A stretch of 64,000 bases of DNA from Adineta vaga (Eukaryota > Animalia > Rotifera). The notes under the pieces are model-generated. The model was not told the DNA's origin, made no database searches, and saw only the letters and a list, made by a program, of their open reading frames with translations. Shown one piece after another: positions 25,146 to 37,318 of the stretch. The position numbers and the translations under genes were made by a program. Position 1 is the stretch's first letter. Each line of letters begins with the position of its first letter. The DNA is taken from contig CP075493.1 of the NCBI GenBank assembly GCA_021613535.1, positions 16,554,001 to 16,618,000 of the forward strand, in the 5' to 3' direction.

Positions 25146-27499
25146 CTTAGGAAGAAAAAATCTGTGTTTGATGAATACGACGAGATTCGGCAATATGCAC
25201 AGCCACAACCAATAGAAGAAAATGCTTTGTATATTTAACTGGTAAAACAGAGCAAAAACCAGAAAAACCGAATAACAGAATCGCTCGAGATTCATTCGCT
25301 TTGTATTGTTCATATTTTGATAAACAACGAGGTAAACGAACTGTTGTTGATGGATATTTAATTGAAGAAAGATATCGATTGACGATACTTTCTTTACCAC
25401 AAATACTCCACGGTTCTTTACGATACTTCTTATCAAACCATAATCGAAGAAGACGCTTCTAAATGAAAAAAATATTTTAAACAAAACTCTGTTGGTATTG
25501 TATTAGAAAAATCTAAGAAAATTTCTTAATTCGAGATAATAGAGATTCTCCACATATAAAGAATTTATGTACTACAATAATAGAGAATTTTTCTCATTAT
25601 TTCACATAGATTTGTAATTGAATTTCCCTTTAAGAATCAATTAACGATCTTTCATTCTTAATATCCAATTATTATGTATAAATCTTTTAATATAGAATAA
25701 AAAAGACAAAATACGTACCATTACACCATGATAAACATTATGGAGAGAATCAGAAAGAAATCCAATACCAACATCGAAATAAGTAAGTTCACGAAGAACA
25801 CACGGACTAACATGACCTCGACATCGATCACGTAGTTCATTGTAATTTAAAGAATTATTTTTCATGAGTCTTTTTATAAGACTATCGTACGTTTCGTTGG
25901 TTCGTAAACGAGGTTGTTCTTGATCTTTAGGTACAAGAGGAAAAACTCGTATTTTTTTTCGTGATTTGGAGTTGATGTTCACAGTGATACCTACAATAAA
26001 GAAAGCATAGAACAAAGAAAACAAAAACAATTTCTATCATAAATTAAATTCATATACTTATACCTTTTATCTCGCAAGCACCACACCCAAATGCTCCTGT
26101 CGGACCACTAATACCTTGAACTAAACTTTGTGCCGGTTTATCACAGCACGACGCTATCAAATAGCATTTCAAATACTTAGTAACATAGTAATCCGAAGTT
26201 TTTATTTCGAGAAATAAACCTTTTTCCAAAGATGCAAGTTCATAAACCATTGGTGCTAATAAAGATTGCATTTGAATATGATTAGGTTTTGATGGTGTAG
26301 ATACAATCCCACCAATAATTACATTTTTTAATTTAAAACGTTCAGTTCTTTTTATTTCATTAATTACCAAAGTAAAAATCCATAAAGATGTTGTGGATTT
26401 ATTGGATATTTGAATACCATCAACGTTCATTAAAAAGGTTAAAAATTCTTTTCCTTGTTCAGTCATAATTATATTTTGATATACTTCGCCGTCGTATATA
26501 TCATTTAATATATCAATTCTGGACGATAATTTTTGTTGTTGTTCAAAGTTCATTGAACATGTATTACAAAGAATTTCACGTAATTGAGGAAGAATTGGTA
26601 AACGTAAATATTGAAATGGAGATTTAGTAAAAGATGAGTTCTGTGTACAAAGAGTATTATTGCAATTATTCGATGATAAACATACTTCACAACAAACTGG
26701 ACAAAGATAAGTAATCATTGACGATGGTAATTCAGAATCTTCAGGTAAAATAAGATCTTTAACTCTTGAAAAATTGATAGGACAATTTGGAGTTTTTAAA
26801 TGTTTTATAAATTTGCAAATATCGTCCATACATTTGTTTGACATTCCGTGACGATTCTATAATAGAAATAGAAATTATTTCTTTTCTTTAAAAATGAGTT
26901 ACATTATTCACAAAGATGTATGGAAATTAATAAAACTCCTGAACAAATAAAACCATACCTTTAACAAGACAAGTGCTGCACCAATTTCTTTCTCCGTTGG
27001 GTTCCTAATTTACCATTGAAATTTATTTTAAACGAATAGACAATATTTAGATAATACTTACGCATCAAGTTGATCAAATAAAGATTCATCATCTTCTGTT
27101 CGATATTGAAATGTAGATTCCAGTTCGACATTTTTCCATGGATCCACGTCACCTACATCTTCTTCAAACCATGTTGTATCTGTAGTTGTTAGTGGTTCAT
27201 CTTCAAATTCTCCATCATCATCGATAATAGATGCAAATACATTAGACTCGATTTCAGCATCATCGATCATTGGTGCTTCAGTCAATAATTCAACACCAGC
27301 TTTGTCGTTTGATATATGTAACGATGCTGATGTTGATGCTGAATCAATCCAACTAAATCATACAAACAAACCTATACAAATACATAACAGTTGTCAAATT
27401 TTACTTTTCATTAGACAATGAAGTAGTAGTAATCAGAGATTTCGATAGATATTCTTTGTACTGCTTATGACGACGCCATAGAGTAGCTCTAGAAGCCAT
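25146..27499 (-). pseudogene. CACTA transposase (Transposase_21/Tnp2-like), multi-exon, C-terminally truncated
   Basis: ATG at 27499 (MASRATLWRR). Motifs CPVC..C, DIYDG, MNVDG, SLW, CDKPA, GAFGCGAC, DSLH and YKANESR are present, then an abrupt stop at ~25146 before the expected C-terminal catalytic region. Confidence 0.85.
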
Positions 27500-27617
27500 C
27501 TACAAGAAGATATGTTTTTAATTAGAGTTATTTCTATAACTAATTAACATATAATCTATTCTATTAATCATCTATATAAGTAGAAAATCAAGTAAAAATA
27601 ATCATTATTACATAAAA

Positions 27618-29906
27618 CTATTCATCATTTTCTTCATCAACTGTTTTATCAAGCTTATTTTCTTTGTCAAGAATGGTACCACTTGAATTCAAATGTAATT
27701 GTTTTTTTGTTTTCATCATTTGTGTCAAGGTTTTTTGTCCTTTATTCATGTTTTGATTTGAACCATTTGGATTTTTGTTCAAGACTGACGTATTTTCATT
27801 CTCTTGAACCTTTTTATCGGTTGATTTTGTTGATCGAAATACACCATTGATAGCTTCATTCATTGCACGATCAATAACTGGACCTCGATGGGATTCGGCA
27901 AAAGCTATTTAAAATTAAAGTCAGGATTATTTTTTCATTCAAAAAGAAAAATGAACTACCTCGAATCGCTTTTCGTTGATCTTCTGGAACAATTTCTTTT
28001 GATTGACTGAGTCGCTCAGGTAATGGATATAATAATTTGACTACTTGACGAGCTGTACTTGTTGTTGTATTATCGAGGCATCTAATAAGTTCTTGAACAT
28101 CAACATTCAAGGCTTTGGCATGTGTGTGTATATTCGTAGAATACTTGACATCAAGACTCTTTCCAGTATCGATTAACCATTGTCGAGCTGCTGAATCAGG
28201 TATTGCTAAAATATAAATTAAAATTCTTATTTATATTACGTTTATGAGAGAAGACAATAGTGGATTGATTTTAAAGATAGAATTATCAATTGAATGGAAA
28301 GTTTTCCGTATTTCTTTTTTATTACATTATCTACATGTTTTATAGAAAAATAAATTCAATTCACTTACGAATTGTATTTCTTTTTAACATTTGGTTATCT
28401 TTAAATAATCTTTCATTTTCTTTTTCCAATATTCTATTTTTTTCTCGAACTTCATCATATTTTTTGTTCGTCTCTTCAAGACGACGCATAAGTTCAGAAT
28501 AGTTGAAATCTATTTGTGGCAATTCTGTTTCATCTATTATTTAGATTATTTATTTAGACAATATTAATAATTTTCTAAATAACAGTACTCACCAAAATGA
28601 ACTGTTCGACACGATGTTGCATCACTGTTACTATATTTATCCATACGTTTAGATTTAGTGCCAATAGTAATGTGACTTTGAGAAACAAATTTATTATTAT
28701 CCTTATCTTTATTTGGTGATTCTATGATACAAAAGCAATTTTTAGTTATAATCGTTTCAAAAGATGTATTTACTTTTCGAAGATGAACGTATTTGTTGTT
28801 TTTGTATGGAACTTGCTGTATATCGACCAGCATTTTCATTTGATAGTACATTCTGATCAAAGAGCTCTTTTGCTGTCATATGATCGAGATCTTTTTCACT
28901 ATCATCATCTTCCTGTTCTTCTGCTAAAATGAAGATAAAACACATTTGATTCGTTGCAAAACACAGAAACAATATTCTCTTTACGTTCTTCGTCAATTTG
29001 TGAATACTTTGCTTTTGAATTTTCCTTTTGTTTATTACGATCATTTGCTTGTTTGTTGGTTGAAGAAGAAGACATATTTCGATTTGAACCACTATTTACA
29101 CCAATACGACCATGAACCGATGTTGTTGATGTTTTTTCTAAAAAATAAAAATAAATATTCTCTTTTATATGTTGATAAGATGATTTTAAACGGACAATAA
29201 CCAGAGAAGTTTTTAGAATGAATAAAAATACATAAAGTTTTGAAAAGTAAATGTTCAGATGTATTTCAACATTCATATAGAACTCAATCAACATTTATTT
29301 TAATTAATATACATTCAATAGAGATCAGAATATGTTACGTACGTGAAGATATTTAATCGATTCTAGTTCTGACAGATTATATTAATATACTAGGACAGAT
29401 TTCTGATTTCTCTTAAATTCTGAGATTTTAATAGCTTTAATACTTACTTGAAGGTTCTTGAACTTCAATCCGTTTGTCTTTTTCACATTCTTCTTCATTA
29501 CTGTCATTATTCTCATCATCAGAACCATCAGCAACATTTGATTTCTCGTGTCCATCAATATCAGCTGTCATTTCAAAGACTTGAAGTTGTTCAACACATT
29601 CTTCTTTGTTTCCTACAAAAAAAGAACCTTTAGATATTAATACACGTATGATTTATCCTTACCTAATTGCAGAATACGTCCTCGTTCTTGTTTTCGATTA
29701 TTAAGATCCAATTTAAATGTAGCTGTATCATTCAGTTTGATCCGTGTAACTGAACTATTAACAAGATGAGTTGTTGGTAATAAAATCATTTGTTTATCAT
29801 TTTCACGTTGAATAATCATATGGGTTGGTGATGGTTTATTCTTTTCACCCACACGAGATGATGATCCAATCGATGAAATACTGTTCTTAGAATTGTGTCG
29901 TTGCAT
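27618..29906 (-). CDS. Second CACTA gene (TnpA-like accessory protein: low-complexity region, coiled coil, C-terminal helical domain), multi-exon
   Basis: A chain of short same-strand ORFs linked by GT-AG introns inside the element, upstream of the transposase. Confidence 0.55.
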
Positions 29907-31470
29907 TATCTAAAATTAATCAAATAAAAATAAAAGTATTCAATTATGCATTCAATTTAATTAAAAATATCAATTATCTGACCATGTAAAAACAATTATC
30001 TATTGCTTGTCCATTCTTCTTCATTAACCATTGTCTCTTAAATACGTGATTGGTTGTATCATATATGCAATCTTTTTTAAGATAAAAATATGTGACAAAT
30101 TTATTAAAAAGATAATGAATAAAATTATATTTTTTAAGGAAAATTCTGAACTAATATATGTTTGGATCGTATTAAACGTTTTTGGACTTATTCCATTAGT
30201 TATTCGTATGTTAACAAAGATTGATCTTCTGTTCATTTACTTATTTAATTTGAGAATAAAATGAACAGAATCTTTTTTTATTATAAAATAAATTTGTTTA
30301 GATTTTTTATAAAACAATTCGTAGACCAATTTTCTTTGATTTGTCTTTATCGATCAACGACAAAATAATTGATTTGTTTGTTTTTATATGATCATATTCG
30401 ACGAATAAAAAAAGGCGTTTTTTATTTCTAAAAATCTGATTTTATCTTTAAATTGATACAATGGAAAATAATCTAATAATTAAAAATACAAATATTTTTT
30501 CAATAACAACATCAATATCCTTTTGTAATATCAAATAAAGTATATTATTAAGAATAACACATATTCAATTAGAGATCAAGCATTTCCTAATCTATACGTA
30601 TTTGATTGATTATCTTAAAACAAAATTATTTATGAATTGTTCTATATATAGAATGAATAACTGTCTAAATATATTTATAATTTAAATCAATTATTCTGGA
30701 ACATTGAGTTTGCTTTTTTATGTCGTTAAAATGAGATATTTATACCAGTATTTATTCTCAGAAATGAAAAATATTAAAAAAGACTTCTATTGCAATTATG
30801 AACGTTTATCTTTGAATTTCAATAAAAGTTTTTTTTTCCAATTTTTCAAATAATAAATTATAGAATACGCTAAATTATTCGTTTTAATAAAGCTAAATCC
30901 ATATACGATAAAAAAAGAAACGTTTGATTTGTTTTAAAAATATATATCTTTTCTTTTTATTTACTAAAGGTCGTTGCAATCTAAAATCTTCATATACTTC
31001 TAATAGTAATAAAAAACAAGGATAAAGTAATATCCATGATAAGTATGATAAATACACTTAGTTTGTCGATTTAAACCTGTTTGATAACGATATCGTTTAT
31101 GTATAAAAATAAAAATGAATTTCAACAAAATACAATCAATTTATATGAATTTAAATTAATTATTTTTAATCAAAAATTGTATTTTATAATAATTAATACT
31201 TATTATTGAATAAAAACGAATTTCGAAAAGACGTCTATGTATGAACGATAGTTTATCGAGCATATATGGCTCAATCGTAAGTCACTTGTTTTCTATTCAC
31301 ATGTTCTTCTGTTCTAGTCTCGTTCATCGCACATATCAAAATTAATTATGTAAGTCACAATATATGTTCTGTACTATGCCTCTAGGATAGAGATGACCAT
31401 CACAAGGTTCTGATGGTGACGTAGTTCAAATCTACGAGTACAAAAATAATTTTTTTTTAGGACAATTGTC

Positions 31471-31756
31471 AAACGCGTTTAGACGCGTTTACTTTGGGAA
31501 TCGCGTTTCACTGCGTTTGAACTATGACTTGCGTCTAAACGCGGTTCAGATTATTAGACGCGTTTATATCGTCAGATGTTTCATCGGATCAACAGATGCG
31601 TTTCAACGCGTTTACTTTCCTAACGCGTCTGGACGCATCCGGAAAACGCGTCTAAACGCATCCTCGAAACGCATCTAGACGCGTCAGATGTTTCATGTAG
31701 GATGCGTCCAGATGCGTTTATGAGACGCGTTTCGGATGCGTTCTCAAACGCGTTTA
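31471..31756. repeat. CACTA right subterminal repeat array
   Basis: Dense ACGCGT/ATGCGT motifs, the same motif as 24574-24998. Confidence 0.9.
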
Positions 31757-32650
31757 TAACCAAAAAAATTTCACATGGGCAGTTCGATATGTGCTTTGGA
31801 TGGCTTTATATGAAGTCTTATCAGTTGTGCTATCTCTTTTCAGTTATCGGTGATTTTGTAGATGATTCCATGGGAGATATTGGTATCTGTATTGGTAAGT
31901 TTCTCACAAGAAAAAAAAGATTTATATTTTGATTTATTCTCTTTAGCATCACAAAAACATGTTCCACGGGATGATCCTTTAAAACAGTTTAGAGCAGAAT
32001 CGTTAAAAAGTCATAATTTAAAACGAGTAACAAATTGTGCGTCACAATTGACATTAGATGATAATTTAAATAGTCAAGCTCAAGATCTTGCAGAAAAAAT
32101 AGCTGCTGTTGATGAACTTCCACCAGTATACGATGCCAGTAAGATGGTAACTGTATTTTGGACACCGGGTAATTATCTTCTTAATGGTGAGGATATATCA
32201 CTTTTTAGATTTGTTTCATTAGAACTGTTTTGCATTGTTAGGTATCATTCCCGTTGATATGTTTTTCAATGAAAAGAAATTTTTTAACTTCGATAACCCA
32301 GATTTTTCATCAGCAATGAATTATCCGAAAATTGTTTGGAAATCTTCGAAAAAAATGGGTGTTGGTCGTGCACATACTAGTGACAATGGAACTACGTTTG
32401 TTGTAACAGTTTATGATTGGACTGGGGATATGAACACAACAAATATAGAGAAAATGTTCATGCAACACGATGTACAGTAAAAGTAGCAGACCTCGAAGCT
32501 GTTCTTGGATAATAATCAGTCGATATCATTGACTTTATTTTGTCGACAGCAAATAACATTTTCATAACTATAAAATTTTTAGAAAACAATAAATATTAAC
32601 CTTTTATTTCTTTTTCATATTTTGCACATATGTTCGATTAAAGAATACAA

Positions 32651-33157
32651 TATGCCACCGCGTGTAGTATGCGTCGTTGCTTTTATTCTTTCCGCTAGCG
32701 CTCACTTATATCTTAACTATCAAATCGCACAATGCCGTAAACAAAGTAATTGGATGTCCTTTTTGGATACATGTTTATCTACTATTTGGTCGTATTTTTC
32801 TGCTTATGGCTTAATCAAATATGCTCTACCTCAAGTTTTATTATGGTTAGGCTTTGGTCCTTTAGGTATATTACCTTATTCTATTGCTGCTTGGATTCAA
32901 TCGATATATGGAATCAACCATATTTTCTATTTTACAATCATTCGGAATGAAAGGAAGGGTATCCTATGCAATTTTATCGATTGATTCTATTAAAAATATA
33001 ATTAAATGACTTGAAAACTGGTTTTCAAATAGAAATAATATTGCTAAATGTACTGAATATTATGAAACGATATTAATGTACTTAAATCTCATTGATTTTA
33101 CCATCATTATTGCCGGCGTCTTGTACTGGTTAATCATACGCAATATGACCAATTAGA
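32651..33157 (+). pseudogene. IFI6/IFI27 (ISG12)-like small membrane protein with a 1-nt frameshift
   Basis: LGFGPLGILPYSIAAWIQS is followed, in the shifted frame at the T-run near 32924, by FSILQSFGMKG. These are the two halves of the ISG12 motif. Confidence 0.55.
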
Positions 33158-33520
33158 AAAAAAGCACTATCTTCTTCTACAGATTATAGTTTCGATGTCA
33201 TAGTGTGGTTAATCTAAAACGATATAAAACTTCATTTCTTTGTTTATAATTGATCTACTTTACTAATAGTGTGTTTGTAGAAAAAAAAACAGTAGTCGTA
33301 TGATCGTATCATATATTTTGTTTGTCTTCTTGTGTGTTTTAATTGTATAGGGAGTATCATATTCTTCATCAAAATTATATTCACTTGTCTGTCTAAATAA
33401 ATGTAAAATTGATGCATTTATTTCTATATAAACTCGATCAATATTTAAATGATTATTGTCTGTAGCTGATATATCACGATCTAGTCGTCGAACATCACAA
33501 GAATTTCTTGCTGTTTCGTT

Positions 33521-33565
33521 TTAGAAGGGTGAGGGTGTTTTCTTGATCTATATCTTCATCCTCAA
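33521..33565. repeat. Telomere-like hairpin (family copy)
   Basis: AGGGTGAGGGTG ... CTTCATCCTCAA. Confidence 0.5.
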
Positions 33566-33816
33566 TATTGGAGATTCAACTGCTCTATACCCATTGCATC
33601 TTTTATGAACAGAGAAAAAATAGACTTTTTGCGCGATTATATTTATTTCGAATATGCATAATTTTTTAAAATCAAAGCGAACGACATTGAGATGAACTGA
33701 ATGTATTAAAGTAAAACTTTTTTAAAGCAGTAGTTATTTGACGTTTTATATTTCAATCGAATATAGGTATTAACAATGTTTGTCTTTCTATGTATTATTT
33801 CTTCAGAGGAAAATAA

Positions 33817-34220
33817 TTATGTTTCAATTATTGACATGACTGATACATTTCTCATTCTCCATTGTCGAATGCATAATTCAATATATTTAACCACAAATGG
33901 TATAACTAGCTGCAAAACTTTTGTCAAACCATCCGTGAGTCCAGTTAATACGGTAATAATATAAATAATATTATTCTTTATCTGATGAGTGTAAGTATAT
34001 TCTGTTGGTTTGCATACGTTGTAATAATTCTCATACATTACTGTTGCGTTTCATTTTTCAACCATTGAATGATTAATTAATTTCTTCAAATGTTGAATTT
34101 AGCAAAAATCGACTTGATAATAGATTATCAAATGATGTTATATTTATATGTGTGGGTGACTCAACATACGATTGTAATTTATCCATACATATTTGGTTAT
34201 CGAAGCAACGAAGATCAGAT
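33817..34220 (-). pseudogene. Fragment of a paralogue of the membrane-module gene at 46-5216
   Basis: LRCFDNQIC...SSRFLLNSTF...W....YENYYNVCKP..Y aligns by eye with LECFYNESC...SRFSIDTT...W...YSLYYQQCLP. It has a stop and begins abruptly at a hairpin. Confidence 0.75.
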
Positions 34221-34221
34221 T

Positions 34222-34287
34222 TTAGGGTGAGTGTGGGGTGTGGGGTGTGGGTTTGAATCACGCATTATGATATACCCACACCCTCAA
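34222..34287. repeat. Telomere-like hairpin at the 5' breakpoint of the pseudogene fragment
   Basis: TTAGGGTGAGTGTGGGGTGTGGGGTGTGGG ... ACCCACACCCTCAA. Confidence 0.75.
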
Positions 34288-34855
34288 GAGGAATACAGAT
34301 ATTCAAAAACAAAGATTTCACTGATACTCCTTCACTACATCGACTCAGCCTGATACGAGTGCCTATATGGATTCCGAAGTCCTGTACTATGAGCTTATAA
34401 AAAAACTGATGTCCATATTTATTATAGATCTCTTATAGATTTATGAAATTTAGATATGATCATAATTCCGATAGATAGAAAATACAAAAAATTATTCTTT
34501 TTGCAGCACATCCTCACTCTCGGATAAAATCCGAAGTTTCCGAATTTATTTAATTTATATGACGAGAGAAATATCTTGTGCATGTGTATGTGATTGAAGA
34601 AAAGAAATGCAAACTCACACTCTCTTTCAATAAAAATTGTTTTTTTCGTCTTCTCGTATAAAGTAAATGTAGTATGTTAATTTGTTGTTTACAGAAAGAG
34701 AGAGAGAGAGAAATAACTATGCAACTCACAGAAAAGAAAGAAAAATAAACGAAACGTCGTTGCTATTGTTTGATTGTACATTTGATTGCAAACGATATTC
34801 ATATTTAGTTTGACCATTACTGTAAAAAGATAGAACAGGAACGATAGAAAGAGAA

Positions 34856-35607
34856 ATGCATTTGGCAGGAAAACCTTCTATTGAAAAACAATCAATAAAA
34901 TCCGCAACAACTGAATCTTCTAGCATTGCTATTAATAAAAATACACCAAAGTATTTTATATGGAAATTTATTGTTATAATAATTCTAACTTGTATTCCAA
35001 GTAAAGATTTCGATATATTTTCATAATAATTATTTAGAATTATTTCATTTTAGTAATACAAATATATCTTGGAGCAAAATATACAAATGCTTGTCCAGTT
35101 GATCCGAGAATACCAATTTATCTTTTTGTTGCTGGTATTATTTATATTAGTATTCTAATGTTATTTGAAGTTCGACCTTTTATAAATCAGTATGTATTTA
35201 GTTTCTATGAAATTTTGTTTATATGAAAAGTAATTCTTAGAACTAATTCTCGTCTTAAACATGCTAGACAATTGATAGAAGATCATGGAAATCCAAATAA
35301 TTATAAAAATAATATTTATATAGTATTTAAAATGAATGACTTATTCACAAAATTTGTTACAGGAATTATGATTTGTCTTCAAATTTTTTCATTTTTATGG
35401 TTTGTTTTTGGATTTATATTAGTATTTCGTACATGGAAAAAAATAACATATAATCCTTTAAATCATTCACAATTTTGCCCAGCATTTGTTTATCGATTTA
35501 CTTACATTTATTCATGTATTTTGGTCATAACAGTAGGACTAGTATTCGCATTCTACTACTGTTTACGATGTACAGGTCGTATCAAAAAGACATCAATCGC
35601 GATGTAA
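34856..35607 (+). CDS. TMEM272-like four-TM protein, copy 1 (3 exons)
   Basis: CPVDPRIPIYLFVAG, WFVFG and FCPAFVYRFTY motifs; introns near 35001-35053 and 35190-35240. Confidence 0.7.
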
Positions 35608-36022
35608 GATCACCCTTTCCAGACGTTTCACCGCTTTTTCTAATCATAAATACTTTTGTGAAAATAACTTTAGTGTAATAAAAAAAGAAAATGAAAAAGT
35701 TCATGACAACTTTACATTATGATTTATTATAGAGACTCTATTTTGAGTATATCAATAAGACCTTAGTAACGAACGTTACTGGATCAAAGGTAAAAAATAA
35801 TTCATGGATAACATACAGTTTCAGAATCATTCACGTTCATTTCCTTCAATCTCAACTTTATTGTTCTGTGAATTCTTTACAATCCACATCAATTCAAAAT
35901 TCATCAAATGTAGCTATGCTACGTATGTTAATCTATTGTTTACAGAAAGAGAAATAACAATGTTAACGGACAGAAAAGAGAGAAATTTCATATTTTGTTT
36001 GACGATTTTGTGAGAAGATCGA

Positions 36023-36721
36023 ATGGCAACGACAGAAAGCGAAATTGATTTTAAAAAAAGATCCACTGAATGTTTAGCATCAGCAACAAATGAATCCGTG
36101 TTGAATCATAACACAACAGATCGAAATCAAACTAAAATAGATGCTCGACGTATATTTTCAATTATTCATACATTCTGTTTGTTTATTTCTCCAAGTAAAA
36201 TAATTCAATATCTCTTCCTATATTGATCTTTATTTCGTATGTTTTTAGTTATATTAGTAGTTTTTGGAACAATATATGCAAATGCTTGTCCAATTAATCC
36301 AAAAATACCCAATTATCTTTTAATTTGTGGAATTATTAGTATCATTAATGTAATATTAAATCAATTTCGAGTTTTTCTCTCAGTAAAATATCCACATGCA
36401 TATGATGATATAACTGTAGGAAATGCTATGAGAATCTTCTTAGGTAATGTTATATCTCTTATCGTTGCTTGTCTTGGTGTATTTTTAACCATTTGGTATG
36501 TTTTTGGATTTATATGGATATTTGATGTTTGGAATGAAGTACAATATATACCTTTAAATCATTCACAATTTTGTTCGTCAGTATTATATCGATTTGCTTA
36601 TATCATTTTTGCTATTGGTACTTTTTGGACGATTTGTATAATAGTGTTGACTATTATCTTTGATTTACATAGTCGATTTTGGCATGGCGGTATAAGGTAC
36701 TTAATTGATAGTTTTCATTAG
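36023..36721 (+). CDS. TMEM272-like four-TM protein, copy 2 (tandem paralogue)
   Basis: CPINPKIPNYLLICG, WYVFG and YIPLNHSQFC (shared with copy 1); intron near 36194-36248. Confidence 0.75.
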
Positions 36722-37318
36722 ACGAACAGATTTAAATAACTTGTGTATCATTAGTGAACGAAAAAGACCAGAAATGAAATTTGTTTTTTTTTATGATTTT
36801 TTCGACATTGAATTCAATTGCGAAAAAACAATTCTTCAGTTCTTAGCAAAGTCAAACAATCGCTGAGTGTTTCGCTTTTCGCATAGTTGGATAAAACTGA
36901 TCGTTAGAATTTCGATAATCAAAATAAAACTTGTTTTTTCCTTATCAATATAAGTAATTATTATTAATCCTTTTTTTATCTGCAATCATTCCAAACTTGA
37001 ACAGATTTTCTTACTGACTATCATATATATTGATCAACAAAAATAATCTTGATTCTTTATATGTTTCTTTTTTGTTGGAATTTATATGACATTTATTACC
37101 AAATACATATATCAGGCACGAATTTTATAATCAGATTCGTATACTAATGACTGTTATCTAGCTAATCTTACGTCAAGTAGCTCATAAACTTTATAAGAAC
37201 TTTAGCGAAAAAGAAAAGTCAAATAAATAAAAGAAGACATTTTTATAATGTTGAGGAGACGAATGTATATTCAAGATAAAGTTTCTTCTTGAATTTCGTT
37301 TACGGAAAACAAAATAAT

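Larger units (their letters stand above)
24560..31779 (-). mobile_element. CACTA/EnSpm (CMC) DNA transposon, 7220 bp, internally deleted
   Basis: Termini CCCATGTAA...TTCACATGGG, CA duplicated on both sides, ACGCGT-rich subterminal repeats at both ends, and an internal Tnp2-type transposase. Confidence 0.92.
24438..32480 (+). pseudogene. PAN/Apple + CAP (SCP/GAPR-1-like) gene disrupted by the CACTA insertion
   Basis: Removing 24560-31779 plus one CA gives an open frame ...KEECRTSCD-Q-FDMCFGWLYMKSYQLCYLF... Introns 31895-31946 and 32187-32241 then lead to a CAP domain (HNLKR, IVWKSSKKMGVG). Confidence 0.85.
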
